In this document: one piece after another, positions 49,933-59,556 of the stretch
How the letters are laid out: each line of letters opens with the position of its first letter
How positions within the stretch are numbered: the first letter of the stretch is position 1
Assembly (NCBI GenBank): GCA_965222375.1
Contig: CBDCTZ010000008.1
Location: 288,001 to 352,000, forward strand
Direction of reading: 5' to 3'
Length of the DNA stretch: 64,000 nt
Origin: Polyangiaceae bacterium
Lineage (GTDB): Bacteria; Myxococcota_A; Polyangia; Polyangiales; Polyangiaceae
Program-made: the position numbers and the translations under genes
The notes under the pieces: model-generated
Databases searched by the model: none
What the model was told of the DNA's origin: nothing
What the model saw: the letters and a program-made list of their open reading frames with translations, nothing else

Positions 49933-50526
49933 ATGACGAACCCCGACCAGAACACGGAACCGAAAGAGGCCCCGATCGATGAAGACCTGCTCATGGGCGA
50001 CCATGAGTACGACGGCATTCAGGAATACGACAATCCACTGCCCCGCTGGTGGACCTTGATCTTCTGGGGCACTTTCATCTTCTCGATCGGCTACATCTTG
50101 TACTATCATACCTCCGACGACCGAGGCGTCCTCGCCGCGTACGCTGCCGAAGCCAGCGCAGCCCAGGCGAACGCGCCCCCGATCGCCGAAGTCACGGAAG
50201 AGGCTCTCGCCGCCGTCGTGGCAGACTCCGCCGCCGTCGCTGCCGGCAAAGAGGTCTACACCGCGCGATGCGCCGCCTGTCACGGGGACAAGGCCGAAGG
50301 GAAGATTGGCCCCAATCTCACTGACCACCACTGGATCCATGGCAAGGGCACCCTGAAGGACCTGTACCAGTCCGTCGCGGTTGGTGTCCCAGCCAAGGGC
50401 ATGCCCGCCTGGGCGAAACAGCTCAGCCCGAAGGAAATGCAGGACGTGGTGGGCTACGTGGGCTCAGTGAAAGGAACGATGGTCTCGGGTAGAGCTGCGG
50501 AGGGTACCGAGCACGCGCCGAAGTAA
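49933..50526 (+). CDS. ccoP: cbb3 oxidase subunit III (monoheme)
   Basis: HEYDGIQEYDNPLPRWW; single CAACH; GPNLTD; KGMPAW. Confidence 0.93.
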   Translation: MTNPDQNTEPKEAPIDEDLLMGDHEYDGIQEYDNPLPRWWTLIFWGTFIFSIGYILYYHTSDDRGVLAAYAAEASAAQANAPPIAEVTEEALAAVVADSAAVAAGKEVYTARCAACHGDKAEGKIGPNLTDHHWIHGKGTLKDLYQSVAVGVPAKGMPAWAKQLSPKEMQDVVGYVGSVKGTMVSGRAAEGTEHAPK

Positions 50527-50529
50527 GTC

Positions 50530-51909
50530 ATGGCCGGACCTCTGCCCGCTCAGGAACGTGTTCTCCCAACGCTCAACGCCGACGGGACACGCCGCCGCAT
50601 CCGGCCGAAGCTCTACCAGGGCAGGTACTATTACGCTCGCCTGGCGACGGCATGGGGGTTGATTGCTCTCTTCGTCGCGCTGCCCTTGATTCGCATCGGC
50701 GGCAAGCCCGCAATCTTGCTCGACGTGGCCGCCCGCCAATTCACGTTCTTTGGGCGTACCTTTCTGGCAACCGACGGCATGTTCCTCATGCTGCTCATGA
50801 TCACGATCTTCCTGAGCGTGATCTGGATCAGCGCACTGCTGGGCCGCGCCTGGTGTGGCTGGGGCTGCCCGCAGACCGTGTACATGGAGTTCGTGTTCCG
50901 GCCGATCGAGCGATTGTTCGAGGGTGACAGGGCCGCGCAGATGAGGCTCGACCGCAAGGGCGGGCTGAGCCTCAGGCGCGTCCTGAAGTATCCGGTTTTC
51001 GCCGTGCTCTCCGTGTTCGTAGCCAATGTCTTCCTGGCCTACTTCGTTGGCGTGGACCGCCTGTGGCAATGGGTTCAGCTGTCTCCCAAGGAGCACCCTG
51101 CGGGCTTTCTGGTGATGGGAGTCACCGCTGGGCTGGTGATGTTCGACTTTGCCTACTTCCGGGAGCAGATGTGCACGGTGATCTGCCCCTACGCACGGTT
51201 GCAGTCCGTGCTTCTGGACGATCGCTCCATGATCGTCGGCTACGACAGGAATCGAGGCGAGCCTCGTTCCAAAGGCAAACCCAAGCCAGGGTCTGGAGAC
51301 TGCATAGACTGCAACGCCTGCGTCGTTACGTGCCCGACTGGCATCGACATCCGCGAAGGGCTGCAACTGGAGTGCATCACCTGCACTCAATGCATCGACG
51401 CTTGCGACTCGATCATGGACAAGATCGGGAAACCTCCTGGGCTGATCCGTTATGGCTCCCAGTCTTCCCTCGAGTCGGGGAAGCGCACCCGAGTGCTCCG
51501 ACCCAGGATCTTCATTTACCCAGTGCTGATGGCTGTCTTCGGCACGGCGCTGGTCGTATTCCTCGGCCGTGGAGACAGCGCGGATGTCACGGTCTTGCGC
51601 GGCATTGGCGCTCCCTTCGTAGTGCAAGCCGACGGCATCCGGAATCAACTCCGCATCAAGGTGGAAAACCGCACCTCCGAGTCTCAGCGCTACCAGCTCG
51701 AGCTCGTGGATGCGGGAGACATCCAGCTGATTGCACCCGAAAACCCACTCCAAGTGCAGGCCGGGAGCCACAGCACTACGACCATCTTCGTGGTCGTACC
51801 GCGCAGTAGTTTTTCCGGCGGCAAGCGAAACATCAAGCTTCGCGTCAGTGACGAGTCCGAATTCCGAACCGAGATCGACTACCAGCTGCTTGGACCTCTG
51901 AAGGGATGA
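50530..51909 (+). CDS. ccoG: cbb3 accessory ferredoxin-like protein
   Basis: GRAWCGWGCPQTV, CPYAR, CIDCNACVVTCPTGIDIR, CITCTQCIDAC. Confidence 0.95.
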   Translation: MAGPLPAQERVLPTLNADGTRRRIRPKLYQGRYYYARLATAWGLIALFVALPLIRIGGKPAILLDVAARQFTFFGRTFLATDGMFLMLLMITIFLSVIWISALLGRAWCGWGCPQTVYMEFVFRPIERLFEGDRAAQMRLDRKGGLSLRRVLKYPVFAVLSVFVANVFLAYFVGVDRLWQWVQLSPKEHPAGFLVMGVTAGLVMFDFAYFREQMCTVICPYARLQSVLLDDRSMIVGYDRNRGEPRSKGKPKPGSGDCIDCNACVVTCPTGIDIREGLQLECITCTQCIDACDSIMDKIGKPPGLIRYGSQSSLESGKRTRVLRPRIFIYPVLMAVFGTALVVFLGRGDSADVTVLRGIGAPFVVQADGIRNQLRIKVENRTSESQRYQLELVDAGDIQLIAPENPLQVQAGSHSTTTIFVVVPRSSFSGGKRNIKLRVSDESEFRTEIDYQLLGPLKG

Positions 51910-52442
51910 TAAACATGTCGGATACGAAGCCCGCAGCCTCAAGCTCGCCCGAGAATACACGAGAGAGCTCCGGCATTTGGCCTTTCGTCCCCGCGGTGTT
52001 GCTGGGCGGCATGGTAGCCGGCCTGTTCTTGATGATGCGAATCGCGACGGACGATCCGAACTTCGCGGTCGAAAAGGACTACTACCAAAAGGCTCTGGAC
52101 TGGGACGCGACGCAGGCCCAGTCGCGAAGAAACCGCACCCTGGGCTGGAACATCACTCTACAGCCTCGCGAGTCAGGAAAGCGTACCGAACTGCGTGCTC
52201 GCGTTCTGGACAAGGACGGAAAGCCGGTCGCGCTGTCGCGACTGACCGTAGAAGCGTTCCCCAATGCCGCGGCAAACCAGCGCACGACCCTGACCCTGAC
52301 GCCGACGGCCGCGGGCGACTACCAGGCGTTTCTCTCGCCATCCCATCGCGGCTTGTGGGAGTTTCGTTTCGTGGTTGATGCGCCCGGTGGCCGATTCACC
52401 CAGATCTTGCGAGAAGATCTGAAGATGGGTGGCGAGACATGA
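51906..52442 (+). CDS. ccoH: FixH/CcoH-family protein
   Basis: N-terminal TM, DYY motif, LGW, GLWE; operon position. Confidence 0.8.
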   Translation: MINMSDTKPAASSSPENTRESSGIWPFVPAVLLGGMVAGLFLMMRIATDDPNFAVEKDYYQKALDWDATQAQSRRNRTLGWNITLQPRESGKRTELRARVLDKDGKPVALSRLTVEAFPNAAANQRTTLTLTPTAAGDYQAFLSPSHRGLWEFRFVVDAPGGRFTQILREDLKMGGET

Positions 52443-53164
52443 CCGCAGCCATCCTGGTTGGTGTGTTCGTTGCTAGCGTGCTCGGTAGCGTGCACTGCGT
52501 CGGAATGTGCGGTGGGTTCGTCGCGGTCTACTCCAACGAGTCCCGTACACCCTGGCGTATGCACCTCAGCTACCACCTGGCTAGGCTCGTCAGCTACGCC
52601 AGCGTTGGCGCTATCTCAGGCGCCATTGGTAGCGTGTTCAACGCGGCAGGCAAGAGCTGGGGTGTGAGTCAAGCCGCTGGGACCCTCGCAGCTTTGATCA
52701 TGGTGCTTTGGGGGCTATCTATCGTTAGCGCGGAGTTGGGCCTGAAGCTGCCGCTGCCCCGTTTCACCCGCAGTCTAGGGCAACTCGCACGGCGCGTGCT
52801 GTCCCCCCGAGGGCGACCACCACTGCACGCGGCCGCGCTCCTGGGCCTCAGCTCGACTCTGCTGCCTTGCGGCTTCCTATATGCTTTCTACGTCGCAGCC
52901 GCAGCGACAGGAGCCGCGACGACCGGCGCCCTAGTCATGACCGCGTTTTGGCTAGGGACCGTACCCCTGTTGCTCGGTTTCGGAACCATGCTGCGGCATC
53001 TGTCCTTCGCGGTTCGCAAGCGGGTTCCTCTGGTTGGCGCGCTCGTATTGCTGACCCTTGGCTTCGTGCAGCTCTTTGGTCGCGTGAACGTACCTGCACA
53101 CGCGCTGGCTGCGGCGGATCCCGACCATCCCCCGGGCTGCCCACTGCACGGCGGAGGCAAGTGA
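52439..53164 (+). CDS. DsbD_2/TauE-like membrane protein of the cbb3 assembly cluster
   Basis: GSVHCVGMCGG, LLPCG, FWLGTVP. Confidence 0.88.
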   Translation: MTAAILVGVFVASVLGSVHCVGMCGGFVAVYSNESRTPWRMHLSYHLARLVSYASVGAISGAIGSVFNAAGKSWGVSQAAGTLAALIMVLWGLSIVSAELGLKLPLPRFTRSLGQLARRVLSPRGRPPLHAAALLGLSSTLLPCGFLYAFYVAAAATGAATTGALVMTAFWLGTVPLLLGFGTMLRHLSFAVRKRVPLVGALVLLTLGFVQLFGRVNVPAHALAAADPDHPPGCPLHGGGK

Positions 53165-55596
53165 CCGATAGCGCGCTCCCCTACCTATCACCAGCTGCAA
53201 CCAGCGTGGCCTGCGCGCACTGCGGCCTGCCTGCCCCCAAGGACAGGGATGAGCCCGAGGGTCCCGCCTTTTGCTGCGAAGGCTGCCGCACCGTGTACGC
53301 GGTGATCATGGATGCAGGGCTGGAGCGCTACTACGAGCACCGCGCGGAGTTCGATGCCGACGCTGGCCCCGCCGACGCCACGGCGAACACCTACGCGGCC
53401 TTGGATGATGGCAGCGCTCTGGAACAATTCACGCGCCCCGGACCCGGCGGCGCCCTGAACGCCGAATTCGCCTTGGAAAACCTGCACTGCGCCGCCTGCG
53501 TCTGGCTCGTCGAGCGCCTGGACCAAGTCGTGCCCGGAGTGCTGTCGGCGGAAGTGCGCTTCGCAGAGCGAAGCGTGCGTGTGAACTTCGACGCCCAGCG
53601 CGCCAAACTCGGTGATGTCGCCCGAGGCCTCGCCGCTCTAGGTTATCCCCCGCATCTCGCGGTCCAGACAGACGCGCAACGACTGCGCACTCTGGAGGAT
53701 CGCGCACTATTGACCCGAATCGGGGTCGCGGGCGCGTGTGCCGGCAACGTCATGCTCATCGCCTTCGCGCTCTACAGCGGCGCCGACGCGCATTTCGCGG
53801 AGTATTTTCGCTATGCCGCGCTCGGCCTGAGCGTCCCCGCGGTGTTTTGGTCCGGCAGCTCGTTCTTCCGGGGCGCTTGGTCCGCCCTTCGGGTTCGGTC
53901 GCCACACATGGACCTGCCTGTGAGCCTGGGGCTATTGGCGGGTTTTCTATCCGGCGCCATCAACACCGTCCGCGGGCAAGGCGAAATCTACTTCGACTCG
54001 GTCACCGCCATCGTCTTTCTGCTCTTGGTCGGTCGCTACATCGAGCGGCGGCAGCACCACGCGGCGGAGGGCGCTCGGGAACACGTCTCCGCGCTATTCC
54101 CTCACGTCGCGCGAGTCGTCGAAGACAGCGGCGATCGAGAGTTGCCGATTCAAGCCGTTCGCCCAGGCATGCGACTTTCCGTGCTGCCCGGGGAGAGTTT
54201 TCCAGCAGATGGTGAGGTCTCGCGAGGACACTCCAGTGTGGACATGTCTCCACTCACTGGTGAATCCTTGCCAGTTAACGTTGGCCCCGGAAGTGCGGTG
54301 TTTGCTGGCACGGTCAACACGGCCTCGGCCCTCACGCTTGTAGCCTCCGCCAGCGGGACCGAGACGCGATTGGGACGCCTGCTGGACGAGATGCGGCACG
54401 CGGAGTCTCGGCGCGCCCCGATTCAACGACTGGCAGACCGCTTTGCAGGTCGGTTCGTGATTGGGGTTCTCGCCCTTTCGGTCGTCACGCTGTTGGTTTG
54501 GGCCCCGTTCGACTTGTCTCGCGGGTTGCAGAGCGCCATCGCGCTGCTCATCGTGACGTGCCCCTGCGCACTTGGTTTGGCCACACCCTTGGCCGTTTCG
54601 GCTGCGCTCGGGAAAGCAGCGCGCCGCGGCCTGTTGATTCGCCATGGCGAAGCCCTGGAGCGACTGGCGAGGCCATCCCTGCTGATCTTCGACAAGACCG
54701 GGACCTTGACGACCGGCCGGCTCCGTCGCGAACTCGTGCTGGGCGACACGACCGCCCTACCCCTGGGCGCGGCCGTCGCCAGTGAGTCTCCCCACCCGAT
54801 CGCGCGGGCACTGTGTCTTGATGTTCCGCTGCCAACAGGTGTCTTGGTTTCGGAGCGGCGCGCGTTCCCAGGCCAGGGCTTGGTCGCCGACTGCGGCGGC
54901 GAGGAAGTCTGTGTCGGGCAGCTCGCCTTCCTCGAGGGCCGGGGCAAGTCGATCTCCGAAGAGTTGGCCGCGTTGGCCCGACGCCACCAGGACGCGGGCA
55001 TGTCCTGTTCCTTCATCTCCAGAGGACGGCGCGTCGTTGCCGTGGCGATTTTCGCGGACTCGATCCGCCCTGAAGCGCGCGATGTGCTGCGAGAGCTCCG
55101 CGAAAAAGGCCATAGCCTCGCCATCGCCTCGGGTGACCACGAGGCGACGGTTCAGAGACTCGCGGAGCGCCTGGACCAACCCTTCCGATTCGTTCGCGGC
55201 GGTCTGGGGCCGCAGAACAAGGCTCAGCTCGTCGAGGAGTACTCCCGGTCCGAACAAGGCGTCGTCATGGTAGGTGACGGTATCAACGACTCGGCAGCAC
55301 TGCTGACGGCCGGCGTAGGAGTGGCCGTTCATGGCGGGGCGGAGGCGAGTTTGGCCGCGGCGGACGTGTACTCGGCGCGACCCGGACTCGCCATGCTGCC
55401 GCCACTCTTCGCCGGAGCCCGGCGCACTCTGCACGTCGTGAAGCGGAACCTGCGCCTTTCACTCGCCTACAACGGTGTCTGCGCCGGGCTGGCAATCACC
55501 GGCTACATTTCGCCACTACTGGCCGCCGTGCTGATGCCACTCTCGTCCCTGACCGTCGTGATCAGCTCCTACCGCGCGCGGACCTTCCAGCCATGA
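53161..55596 (+). CDS. ccoI: Copper-translocating P1B ATPase
   Basis: CAHC...FCCEGC, CAAC, TGES, CPCALGLATP, DKTGTLT, HP, GDGIND; GTG start overlaps the upstream stop. Confidence 0.93.
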   Translation: MTDSALPYLSPAATSVACAHCGLPAPKDRDEPEGPAFCCEGCRTVYAVIMDAGLERYYEHRAEFDADAGPADATANTYAALDDGSALEQFTRPGPGGALNAEFALENLHCAACVWLVERLDQVVPGVLSAEVRFAERSVRVNFDAQRAKLGDVARGLAALGYPPHLAVQTDAQRLRTLEDRALLTRIGVAGACAGNVMLIAFALYSGADAHFAEYFRYAALGLSVPAVFWSGSSFFRGAWSALRVRSPHMDLPVSLGLLAGFLSGAINTVRGQGEIYFDSVTAIVFLLLVGRYIERRQHHAAEGAREHVSALFPHVARVVEDSGDRELPIQAVRPGMRLSVLPGESFPADGEVSRGHSSVDMSPLTGESLPVNVGPGSAVFAGTVNTASALTLVASASGTETRLGRLLDEMRHAESRRAPIQRLADRFAGRFVIGVLALSVVTLLVWAPFDLSRGLQSAIALLIVTCPCALGLATPLAVSAALGKAARRGLLIRHGEALERLARPSLLIFDKTGTLTTGRLRRELVLGDTTALPLGAAVASESPHPIARALCLDVPLPTGVLVSERRAFPGQGLVADCGGEEVCVGQLAFLEGRGKSISEELAALARRHQDAGMSCSFISRGRRVVAVAIFADSIRPEARDVLRELREKGHSLAIASGDHEATVQRLAERLDQPFRFVRGGLGPQNKAQLVEEYSRSEQGVVMVGDGINDSAALLTAGVGVAVHGGAEASLAAADVYSARPGLAMLPPLFAGARRTLHVVKRNLRLSLAYNGVCAGLAITGYISPLLAAVLMPLSSLTVVISSYRARTFQP

Positions 55597-55781
55597 GCGT
55601 GCTGTTCATCGTGTTCCCACTGGCGCTACTTATCGCCGCCGCCTTCGTCCTGGCCTTCGCCTGGGCGAGCCGTCGAGGCCAATTCGACGACTTGGACACC
55701 CCCGCGATGCGGGTTCTCCACGACGACGAACCGGCCCGTCCCAGCGCAACCGATGCCGATACCGCCGCGCCCGACGCATGA
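55593..55781 (+). CDS. ccoS: cbb3 oxidase maturation protein
   Basis: TM then WA...GQFDDLDTPA.R.L.DD. Confidence 0.92.
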   Translation: MSVLFIVFPLALLIAAAFVLAFAWASRRGQFDDLDTPAMRVLHDDEPARPSATDADTAAPDA

Positions 55782-55830
55782 TATGCGCGCGATCCGAGAA
55801 AAAGTTGTCGAAATGCAACAAATTCCAGTC

Positions 55831-55846
55831 AGGCACGCCGAGTGCA
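55831..55846 (+). promoter_or_regulatory. Candidate sigma-54 -24/-12 promoter of the activator gene
   Basis: AGGCACG-CCGA-GTGCA, about 50 bp upstream of GTG 55898. Confidence 0.65.
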
Positions 55847-55897
55847 GAGGCCGTTCGGCGCGCATAGACTGCGCTCGCAGCAAGGAAGAGGTGCTAC

Positions 55898-57307
55898 GTG
55901 GCCAGCAAAGGAAGCATTCTCGTCGTTGACGACGAGCCGAACGCACGGACCGCTCTCGCGGAAATCCTGAAGGAAGAGGGCTACAGCGTCGAAACCGCCG
56001 CTGACGGCTTCAAAGCGCTCTCGCGCTTCGAAGACTTCGGTCCGGACCTGGTGCTGACGGATCTGAAGATGCCCGGCATGGATGGTGTCGAGCTCTTGAA
56101 GAAGCTCCGCGTCCAGGTGCCCGACTTGCCGGTGGTGCTCATGACGGCATTCGGCGCAGTGGAGACCGCTGTCTCCGCGATGCGCGAAGGCGCTGACGAC
56201 TACCTCACCAAGCCGCTCAACACCGACGAGCTGGTGTTGGTCATCGAGCGCTGCCTCGAGCGCTTGCGCCTGCGCCGTGAAACTCAGGAACTCCGCACTC
56301 AGTTGGCGGAGCGATACCGCTTCGACACCATTGTCGGCTCTTCTCCGGAGATGCAGGAAGTCTTCAAGTCCGTCGCCCAGGTTGCGCCGAGCCGCGCCAC
56401 CGTGCTGCTGACCGGAGAGTCGGGCACTGGCAAGGAGCTGGTTGCAGCAGCAATACATCACCGCTCGCCGCGCCAAGAGGGTCCCTTCGTCAAGTTACAC
56501 TGCGCGGCACTCGCAGAAACACTTCTGGAAAGCGAGCTCTTCGGCCACGAGCGCGGCGCCTATACGGGCGCCGATCGGCGTCGAGAAGGCCGCTTCGAAC
56601 AGGCCGACGGCGGCACTCTGTTTCTTGATGAGATCGGGGAAATCACTCCTTCCACGCAGGTGAAACTGCTGCGCGTCCTGCAGGAGCGCGAGTTCGAGCG
56701 AGTCGGTGGAAACCAGACCTTGGCGGTGGACGTTCGTGTTATCGCGGCGACCAATCGCGACCTGCGCCAGCTCGTCACAGAAGGCAAGTTCCGCGAAGAT
56801 CTGTACTACCGGCTGAACGTCATCAACATCCAGATGCCACCCTTGCGTCGGCGTCCCTCGGACACGCCCGCGCTCGCCATGCATTTCCTCGAGCGCTTCG
56901 CCAAGGAAAACGAGAAGGGCAATATGACGCTGAGCGATGGCTGCCTAGCCGTGCTCGCCGCCTATGACTGGCCGGGCAACGTGCGCGAACTCGAAAACGT
57001 CATCGAACGCGCCGTCGTACTGACCGAAGACACCATCGTGGAGGCGCGCCACCTACCCTCGGAGCTTTCCCGGCAGAATGCCGAGGATGCGGCACCACGC
57101 ATCCCGGGCTCGGCAATGGCGGACATCGAGCGGTACGCGATTCTCAAGACCCTGGAAGCACACGGTGGCTCGACCAGCAAGGCTGCAGAGGTTCTGGGCA
57201 TCAGCGTACGCAAGATCCAGTACAAGCTGCACGAATACGGTGCCGCACCCAAGAGCCAAGTACCGGCGGTGCGCAGAGAGGCACCCGCGGCAAAAGCTGA
57301 GGCCTGA
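55898..57307 (+). CDS. Sigma-54-dependent response regulator (NtrC/AtoC family)
   Basis: REC domain (VDDE, DLKMP, KP), [29 protein letters not shown], Fis-type HTH. Confidence 0.96.
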   Translation: MASKGSILVVDDEPNARTALAEILKEEGYSVETAADGFKALSRFEDFGPDLVLTDLKMPGMDGVELLKKLRVQVPDLPVVLMTAFGAVETAVSAMREGADDYLTKPLNTDELVLVIERCLERLRLRRETQELRTQLAERYRFDTIVGSSPEMQEVFKSVAQVAPSRATVLLTGESGTGKELVAAAIHHRSPRQEGPFVKLHCAALAETLLESELFGHERGAYTGADRRREGRFEQADGGTLFLDEIGEITPSTQVKLLRVLQEREFERVGGNQTLAVDVRVIAATNRDLRQLVTEGKFREDLYYRLNVINIQMPPLRRRPSDTPALAMHFLERFAKENEKGNMTLSDGCLAVLAAYDWPGNVRELENVIERAVVLTEDTIVEARHLPSELSRQNAEDAAPRIPGSAMADIERYAILKTLEAHGGSTSKAAEVLGISVRKIQYKLHEYGAAPKSQVPAVRREAPAAKAEA

Positions 57308-57335
57308 GCGCTCGCGGTCAGCGGAGACAGTCGCG

Positions 57336-57785
57336 ATGCCCCTGTTCCAACGTGTCCTCGTGCCCGTGGACTTCTCCGATTGTTCGAGGGAGGCGCTGAC
57401 GCTAGCGCTTCAATTCGCCGAGGCATTCCAGTCAAAGGTACGTGTCCTGCACATCTGGCAACCACCGGATTTCGCGGGAGCAGACCTGATGGTGATGGCC
57501 CACTCCGAGGGAGTCAGCCTCGGTCAATACGGAAAACGCAAAGCCGCAGAGGCCATGGCGGAGTTGCTCCACAGTTGTGGTGCGACAGACAAAGTAGAGT
57601 CCGAGATCGCCATCGGCGATCCCCGCCACTCCATCGTCGAGTTCGCGAAGAGCTCGGACGCAGACTTGATCATCATGGGCACCCACGGCCGGACGGGGCG
57701 AGCAAGGCTCTTTGCCGGAAGCGTGGCCGAGGCGGTGGTGCGCTGCGCGCACATCCCCGTGCTCACCGTGCACGAGCGCCGCTGA
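57336..57785 (+). CDS. Universal stress protein
   Basis: VLVPVDFS, MGTHGRTG, GSVAEAVVR, PVLTV. Confidence 0.92.
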   Translation: MPLFQRVLVPVDFSDCSREALTLALQFAEAFQSKVRVLHIWQPPDFAGADLMVMAHSEGVSLGQYGKRKAAEAMAELLHSCGATDKVESEIAIGDPRHSIVEFAKSSDADLIIMGTHGRTGRARLFAGSVAEAVVRCAHIPVLTVHERR

Positions 57786-57787
57786 GG

Positions 57788-58252
57788 TCAGTCCGCGCGA
57801 ACGGTCAGCACCGGGCACACCGCGCGCCGCAGCACCTGATTGGTTACGCTTCCGATCAACGCACGTTCGACCCAGCCCATTCCGTGTGCGCCGAGAGCCA
57901 AGAGGATGGTCCCGGGCTGCTCGCTTTGAGCGGTCAGCACATCAGGCGCGTGACCCGCGACGAGCTCCGTGGACAGCGGGACAGCCGTCGGCCCCAACTG
58001 CTCAAGCAGCTCCTCGAAGCGCTCATCGGCTGCCTTCTCGGCGTGATCCATCAGAGAGGTGCCTTGCACCCCATCAGTCCACACCATGACGTCCGTGTGA
58101 AACATCTGTGGTGGCTGCCAGACGTTCACGAAGTGCACGTCTGCATGCATTCGCACCGCCACCTCCAGCGCCGCCTTGGCAGCCTTGATCGCAGCATCCG
58201 AAAAATCCATCCCCACAACGATCCGTCGCGTGGGCGCGTTGGCCTCAGTCAT
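57788..58252 (-). CDS. Universal stress protein
   Basis: IVVGMDFS, GAHG, IGSVTNQVLR, CPVLTV. Confidence 0.92.
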   Translation of the reverse strand: MTEANAPTRRIVVGMDFSDAAIKAAKAALEVAVRMHADVHFVNVWQPPQMFHTDVMVWTDGVQGTSLMDHAEKAADERFEELLEQLGPTAVPLSTELVAGHAPDVLTAQSEQPGTILLALGAHGMGWVERALIGSVTNQVLRRAVCPVLTVRAD

Positions 58253-58276
58253 TGGTCGAGTTCCGCGATGAAAACA

Positions 58277-58308
58277 TTGATCCAGGTGAGTCGACGGGGA
58301 TTCGAGCC
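58277..58308 (-). repeat. Duplicate of the tRNA-Lys 3' end (att-like direct repeat)
   Basis: TTGATCCAGGTGAGTCGACGGGGATTCGAGCC versus 58425-58456 TTGATCCAGGTGGGTCGACGGGGATTCGAACC (30/32). Confidence 0.85.
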
Positions 58309-58434
58309 GGCGGCGAATGGATCCGGAAATCCAGTCAACCTCGATCTAGGGACGGATCGCATTCCCCATGAGGCCTGAATCCCCCTCACAGGTCCGACAC
58401 TGTTGGAACTCGCGATGGGCATCGTTGATCCAGG

Positions 58435-58509
58435 TGGGTCGACGGGGATTCGAACCCCGGACCGACGGATTAAAAATCCGCAGCTCTAACCAGGCTGAGC
58501 TATCGACCC
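58435..58509 (-). tRNA. tRNA-Lys(TTT)
   Basis: Reverse complement GGGTCGATAGCTCAGCCTGGTTAGAGCTGCGGA-TTTTTAA-TCCGT...GGTTCGAATCCCCGTCGACCCA folds as a cloverleaf. Confidence 0.95.
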
Positions 58510-58619
58510 GCCGGCATAGCTAGGCTGACTTGCCGCCGGTGTCCAGACCCCGCGCGCATCCGGCGGTTTGAGGGCCTCGCGCGCTCCTCTAGACAAACCG
58601 TTGCTGTGTGTAGTTCGCC

Positions 58620-59390
58620 GTGGGTCGCGGGCAAATCTATACTGCGCGTGTGCAGCGAACAGCGCCCGAGCGCGGCACCACTCGGCAGTCTTGGCCTCTC
58701 GCGACGATGACACTCGCGAGCACCCTCGGCTGCGCGTCCTCGCCGCCGCCGTCGACGGCTCCCCCTCCGGTGGCAGCAACCGCTTCAAACTCCATGCCCT
58801 GGAGCGAGAACTTCCAAGGCGCGCTGGATTGGGGCTCGCCCTCACGCCACTCCCGAGACCTCCTGGCACGTGTCTACGCCATCGCCACTGAGCCCGCTGG
58901 CAGCTTCCTGCGTGCACGCCACGACGCTACCGGAGACAACCCACCTCCGGCCATGCACTACGGCCACGGCTTCGAACGCGACCCACCCCGCCTCGACAAA
59001 TACCCGCTGCTGCGATTCCGCTGGCGCGTCCGCCAGCACCCGAACGTGGCCGCCGACCCCTGGCTCGACCTCGGTGCCAGCGTCTACGTCGTGATGAAGC
59101 AACCCGGCCTGCTCAGCGGCGGGCGAGGCTTCAAATTGGGCTGGGTCGCAAAACCCGCTCCCGTAGGCACGCGACAGCGCGGACTGCTCCAGGTCCCGAT
59201 CCGAAGCGACGCCGCGTCGGACAAGTGGCGACCGGAAGAAGTGGATCTCTGCGCGCTGTATCGCCGCAGCTACGGCCCATGTGAAGGCGAACGCATCGTG
59301 TATGTGGGCGTCGTGACCGACGCGGATGGTACGAATTCCGTCGCAGCCGGCGACTACGCCGATTTCACCCTCGACCCCCGCTTCCCCTGA
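58620..59390 (+). CDS. DUF3047-like exported protein/lipoprotein
   Basis: Lipobox-like TLGC; YPLLRFRWRV, W..EEVDL..LYRRSYG, VVTDADGT. Start uncertain. Confidence 0.7.
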   Translation: MGRGQIYTARVQRTAPERGTTRQSWPLATMTLASTLGCASSPPPSTAPPPVAATASNSMPWSENFQGALDWGSPSRHSRDLLARVYAIATEPAGSFLRARHDATGDNPPPAMHYGHGFERDPPRLDKYPLLRFRWRVRQHPNVAADPWLDLGASVYVVMKQPGLLSGGRGFKLGWVAKPAPVGTRQRGLLQVPIRSDAASDKWRPEEVDLCALYRRSYGPCEGERIVYVGVVTDADGTNSVAAGDYADFTLDPRFP

Positions 59391-59393
59391 TTT

Positions 59394-59556
59394 GGTTTGG
59401 TTTGTAGGGTCGCAGCGCTGGGTCGACGCTGGGCCACTACTCCCGCGCCAGGCCGCGCGGTCCGAGGCTGAAACAGATGATCCAAGCCGTATCCGGCGCC
59501 TCCGCTCGAGAATAGCGCTCCGGTTCCGACCCAACGCCGCGACCCAAACCCAAACC
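59394..59556. repeat. Intergenic element bounded by about 30-bp imperfect inverted repeats
   Basis: GGGTCGCAGCGCTGGGTCG (59407-59425) versus the reverse complement of 59527-59545 (17/19), flanked by GGTTT/AAACC units. Confidence 0.7.

Noticed and set aside
47500..50526. ccoN-ccoO fusion and monoheme CcoP as a novelty
   Set aside because: Already known from Bacteroidota and myxobacterial cbb3 operons.
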